This document shows, one piece after another, positions 61,501 through 64,000 of a DNA stretch of 64,000 bases. Made by a program: the position numbers and the translations under genes. Each line of letters begins with the position of its first letter. Position 1 is the first letter of the stretch. A model generated the notes under the pieces. The model ran no database searches and was not told where the DNA came from. It saw only the letters and a list, made by a program, of their open reading frames with translations. The stretch covers positions 33,073 through 97,072 of the forward strand of contig CAJBDJ010000003.1 in NCBI GenBank assembly GCA_903951825.1, written 5' to 3'. The DNA is from an uncultured Pseudomonadota bacterium. GTDB taxonomy: Bacteria; Pseudomonadota; Gammaproteobacteria; Burkholderiales; Rhodocyclaceae.

Positions 61501-61982
61501 GTCCGCTGCGCGGCCGTCCGGTAATAGTCAGTCGCCTGCTCGGTGACTCGCGGCTGGCCGCCAAAACGGCTGAGATAAGGCATTTGCCGGGCGAGGCTGG
61601 CACAGAGCGCATCCAGTGTCGTGATGCGCAAGCGACCGGGATGCTCGAGCACTCCCCAGCGGCAGGCGGCGTCGCGCGCCAGGACAGCCGCCGCCAGATC
61701 ACGGGTTTGCCGCTTGTGCGCGGGAAGGTCGCCGGCAGCGGGCAGACGTGCTGCCTGCAGACTGCTCAGAATGCGCTCGCGCATTTCGCTGGCGGCCTTG
61801 TTGGTAAAGGTCAGAGCGAGGACTTCTTCGGGGTGGCTAACCACCGCCAGCAGGCGCAGATAGCGTTGCGTCAACAGTTCGGTCTTGCCCGCTCCGGCCG
61901 GCGCTTCGACAATAAACGAGGCGAGCTCAAGCGCCCGCAAGCGGGCGCGACTATCTTCTTCGAGGCGGGTCTCGCCGTTCAT
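58569..61982 (-). CDS. AddA-like UvrD-family helicase with C-terminal PD-(D/E)XK nuclease
   Basis: 1137 aa. Walker A is APAGAGKTE, with LTFTNKAA. The C-terminal nuclease motif is IVDYKT. A 4-nt overlap links it to the upstream nuclease-family gene. Confidence 0.85.
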   Translation of the reverse strand: MNGETRLEEDSRARLRALELASFIVEAPAGAGKTELLTQRYLRLLAVVSHPEEVLALTFTNKAASEMRERILSSLQAARLPAAGDLPAHKRQTRDLAAAVLARDAACRWGVLEHPGRLRITTLDALCASLARQMPYLSRFGGQPRVTEQATDYYRTAAQRTLAMVEEGTANAEVVAAALDFMDNHAGRLEKLIVALLARRDQWIGQTHRMGDAALRDEVNAGFGELIARDLAELAALLPPSLQRRLMPPLRFAAANQPQRLAALLDWEAPCAGEQGDLRRWQTLAGLLLTGRGAWRKLFTIKEGFPPGAAGKPDKDALSAVMDDLEQVAGLEAALGASLNLPAPALSDAEWATVETFSQLLRLAAGQLWLAFQEGGEVDFIEIAARASLALGDEDAPSDLAQALDYRISHLLVDEFQDTSPVQVELLKQLTRGWMPGDGRSLFVVGDPMQSIYRFRKADVGLFLRVRQNGIGAISLENLRLVRNNRSFPAIVGWVNAVFPQIFPPADDPQRGAVRYAPSLATRAAASDSGVHFHPIIVDNLEHATEIEAEKIVQIILATRRDHPQESIAVLVRARRHLTALVAKLRRVAPEERFQALEIEGLAHRQHVQDLLILASALLQRADRVNWLALLRAPWCGLTLADLHALCADDHASTIWQLMQDAARVERLSEDGQCRLRQVREILAEALAQRGRQHARRWIEAVWLMLGGPRCLESAAQLADVEAFFALVDELVAAGTLTPENLHSRAASLFAPPDPLAGDGLQMMTIHKSKGLEFGTVIVPGLQRDTHKSAADLLRWDQVIMADGREHLLVAPLPAPAAGRETASAGDYLRRLENGRSAHESERLLYVAATRAVRSLHLLAAAVVDADKDDGFKAPVSGSLLELLWTPMARAAFQARLAADGVSAAPPPVVDEATFVPPLLRLSHPLSVDAFRQNAFPAPAANNRNLAEADESRLQAAVGTLVHRALQLIARDGLDAWTDARVHSLQPAYRRWLAEQGLAAGDAASGAQTVIEAVTRTLACAAGRWLLGRHDEAAAEAAWSMRSEQAAEAAWSMRSEQAALNQVIDRTFVAAGVRWIVDYKTLQLAELASAELLAQRAEMHRPQLERYARLFADGGLPLRLAIYYPLQAKLVELPCAG
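58807..58884. repeat. perfect 36-bp tandem duplication (2.2 copies) inside the helicase-nuclease gene
   Basis: GCCGCCTGTTCGCTGCGCATCGACCAGGCGGCTTCC occurs at 58807-58842 and 58843-58878, followed by GCCGCC. At the protein level it gives AEAAWSMRSEQA twice. Confidence 0.95.
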
Positions 61983-64000
61983 CCGCGCCCCTCGCGTGCC
62001 TGCAGGCGCTCACGCTCGGCGAGCCTGAGCAGCGGGAGAACGGGGCAATAAGCGAGGGCTTTCGGATCGGCAACGGCGACGCCAGCGACGCCCGCGCGGA
62101 CTTCGCCGGCAATGGCGTGCAGGCGTTGATGCCAATGGGCGATCAGCGCTGGCCAGTCGGCGAACTGCCCGGGATCGAAGCATTTTTCCTTTGTTTCGCC
62201 GATTGCGCGGACGCCGGGCAGCAGGTCGCCGGCTTCGGCAATGCCGGTAAAGGAGGGCTGGTCGGCCAGCACCTTGGCAAAAGCGACCGCCGCCACCGGC
62301 GCACTGGCGGCCAGCGCGGCGTAGATCGGTAACTGCGGCTCGGTGATGCGCTCGGTAGCCCAGTTTTTGATATCAATCGCCGCCCCGGTTTTGTAGTCGA
62401 TGATCATTTGCCGCCCGTCGGCCAACTGGTCGATGCGGTCAACGAACATTCTGACGCGAATTTTCTCGATCTCGACGATCGCTTCGGCTTCGCAGGCGAC
62501 AACGCTAAAGCCTACCGTCCGCTGCTTTTCCAGGGCGAGCCAGGTCGTCAGCAAGCGCCGCAGACGCCCGCCTTCAAGTTGCCGAAAGCGCGTCGGCAGG
62601 GGCTGCTGGCGGATATTTTCAAAATCGCTGAGCGCCTGCGCCACGGCGTCGCCAATCGCCTCCTGCAAGACAGGTTCGGTGTAGGCGTGGAGGGTCGTGC
62701 TGTCGACCGCCATCCGCCAGAACGCCTCCAGCGCGCCGTGCACCAGCGTTCCGCGAGCGCGTGGGTCGAGCCCCTCGACGGGCTGCTCGATGGCCTTGGC
62801 GCCAAGGCGAAACTCAAAGTAGCCCCAGGCCGGGCAAATCGCCTGGGCACGCAGCAGCCAGGTGCCGCCGGCAACTTTCTCGCCCTCTGCCAGCGGCGGT
62901 GCGAGCGCGTCGTTGAGGCTTTCAAGCGTGCCGGCGGCTGCCATCTGCCGAGCCAATCCGGTCGGCGGCGGCAGCCGGCTATCGCCCTTGGGCAAGCTGG
63001 CAAGCAAGGGACTGGCGCGCAGCAGACGGCTCCCGTCCGTGCCGGCGCAGGAAAAAGTGACTTGCGGCGCTGCACGCAGCAGGCGTGCCTGCACGCGGTT
63101 GGCGAAATCCAGCTCGACTTCGGCGCTCGCATGCGCCACCTGCCGGCGGCGCAACAACTCCGCCGGCAACAGGGGATTCGGGCGCGGCGCCGGCGGCCAG
63201 AGGTCATCGCTGACGCCCATCACCCACAAGGCATCAAAAGTCAGGCCGCCGCTTTCGAGTATGCCCAAGACCTGAATCGCCGGCGTGCCGCGCGTTTCCG
63301 GCTGAAATACGCGCTGTCGGCAGAGCTGCGAGAGTCGCCGCCAGGCTTCCTGGCGGGCAACCGGCCCGAGGACGCCATCGAGCGCGGCGAGACTGTCGAG
63401 GGTTTCGAGAAATGCCCGCCGCGCCTGAAATTCGTCGCTCGACAAGACCCGCTCACCCGGCCAGCCGGCCAGCTTGAGCCAGTCACGAAAGAGCGCCGCC
63501 CACACCGTCGTCGGCTGTCGCCGCCCGCCGACCGCTGTCGCCGCTGCCTGCATGGCGGAGAGATCGGCCAGCGTTTGCGGGCAGCCGGTGCCGGGGGCGG
63601 CCAGACGATCGGCGAGATGATCGGCAAAACGCAAGACGGCCGGAAGACGGACGACAAAAGGCAATTCGGCACGCATTTTTGCGTCAAGGCGCGCCCGTCC
63701 GTCGGCCTCGCTGTTGCCGGCCGACCAGCAGGGTGAATGCAGCAGGGCGGCAATCCGGCGCTGCTCGAATTTACCGCCGGCGGCCAGTGCCAGGAGTTCA
63801 AGTGCGGCCTGCACGAGCGCCTGGTCGGCCAGCGGTCGTCCCAGCGAAAGGTTGAAACTGCGCTCCGCTTCGCTCGCCGCCGGACGAATCAGTGACGGAT
63901 GGAGATGGTCTTCCAGGGCAAAACTGAGGCGCTCGCGGGCGCCGGCAAGGTCAGGAACGACGATGCCCAGACGGCGACCGGGCGCGGCAGCCAATTGTTC
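61979..64000 (-). CDS. AddB-like PD-(D/E)XK nuclease family protein (5' end probably outside the window)
   Basis: More than 671 aa with the C-terminal nuclease motif IIDYKTG. The reading frame is open to the window edge, so Met 63994 may not be the true start. Confidence 0.75.
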   Translation of the reverse strand, partial: EQLAAAPGRRLGIVVPDLAGARERLSFALEDHLHPSLIRPAASEAERSFNLSLGRPLADQALVQAALELLALAAGGKFEQRRIAALLHSPCWSAGNSEADGRARLDAKMRAELPFVVRLPAVLRFADHLADRLAAPGTGCPQTLADLSAMQAAATAVGGRRQPTTVWAALFRDWLKLAGWPGERVLSSDEFQARRAFLETLDSLAALDGVLGPVARQEAWRRLSQLCRQRVFQPETRGTPAIQVLGILESGGLTFDALWVMGVSDDLWPPAPRPNPLLPAELLRRRQVAHASAEVELDFANRVQARLLRAAPQVTFSCAGTDGSRLLRASPLLASLPKGDSRLPPPTGLARQMAAAGTLESLNDALAPPLAEGEKVAGGTWLLRAQAICPAWGYFEFRLGAKAIEQPVEGLDPRARGTLVHGALEAFWRMAVDSTTLHAYTEPVLQEAIGDAVAQALSDFENIRQQPLPTRFRQLEGGRLRRLLTTWLALEKQRTVGFSVVACEAEAIVEIEKIRVRMFVDRIDQLADGRQMIIDYKTGAAIDIKNWATERITEPQLPIYAALAASAPVAAVAFAKVLADQPSFTGIAEAGDLLPGVRAIGETKEKCFDPGQFADWPALIAHWHQRLHAIAGEVRAGVAGVAVADPKALAYCPVLPLLRLAERERLQAREGRG

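Noticed and set aside
59301-62051. 916 aa plus-strand ORF
   Set aside because: It is antisense to the AddA-like helicase-nuclease (Walker A and nuclease motifs lie on the minus strand). It has no motifs of its own.

Overview
This is a visibly GC-rich, betaproteobacterial-type chromosomal segment. Gene order and protein sequences resemble Rhodocyclales such as Dechloromonas or Azonexus, but the organism cannot be proven from sequence alone. Most of the window is housekeeping: uppP; the cell-shape cluster rlpA-rodA-mrdA-mreDCB; gatC-gatA-(lipoprotein)-gatB; pyrE and xth; a yqjD/yqjE/yqjK-like module; ampG; metW-metX; kup; an ABC-F ATPase, ychJ and rdgC; trmB-thiG-thiS; ssb, an MFS gene and uvrA; dgkA; and an AddA/AddB-like helicase-nuclease pair. 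Five parts are non-routine. (1) A scar of mqsR, IS91 and IS1182 gene fragments lies at about 3.0-3.7 kb. (2) A CarH/LitR-type B12 photoreceptor regulator sits divergent from a tightly packed nine-gene operon (gpx, FAD oxidoreductase, DUF1365, CFA-synthase-like, chalcone-isomerase-like, MFS, DUF3833, SDR, SnoaL-like), with a CarH-style triple direct-repeat operator over the -35 element. (3) A perfect 13-bp tandem repeat of 10.5 copies lies between two convergent genes. (4) An AT-richer 2.7-kb islet at 42.0-44.7 kb carries a lipoprotein gene and a DUF4105-type gene. (5) Most interesting, an AT-richer 4-kb array of integron-like gene cassettes at 51.9-56.0 kb has attC-like palindromes between five unannotatable ORFs and no integrase. 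It is fused to the 3' end of uvrA and capped by an IS110-family remnant. Many long ORFs in the track are antisense shadows typical of GC-rich DNA and were rejected.
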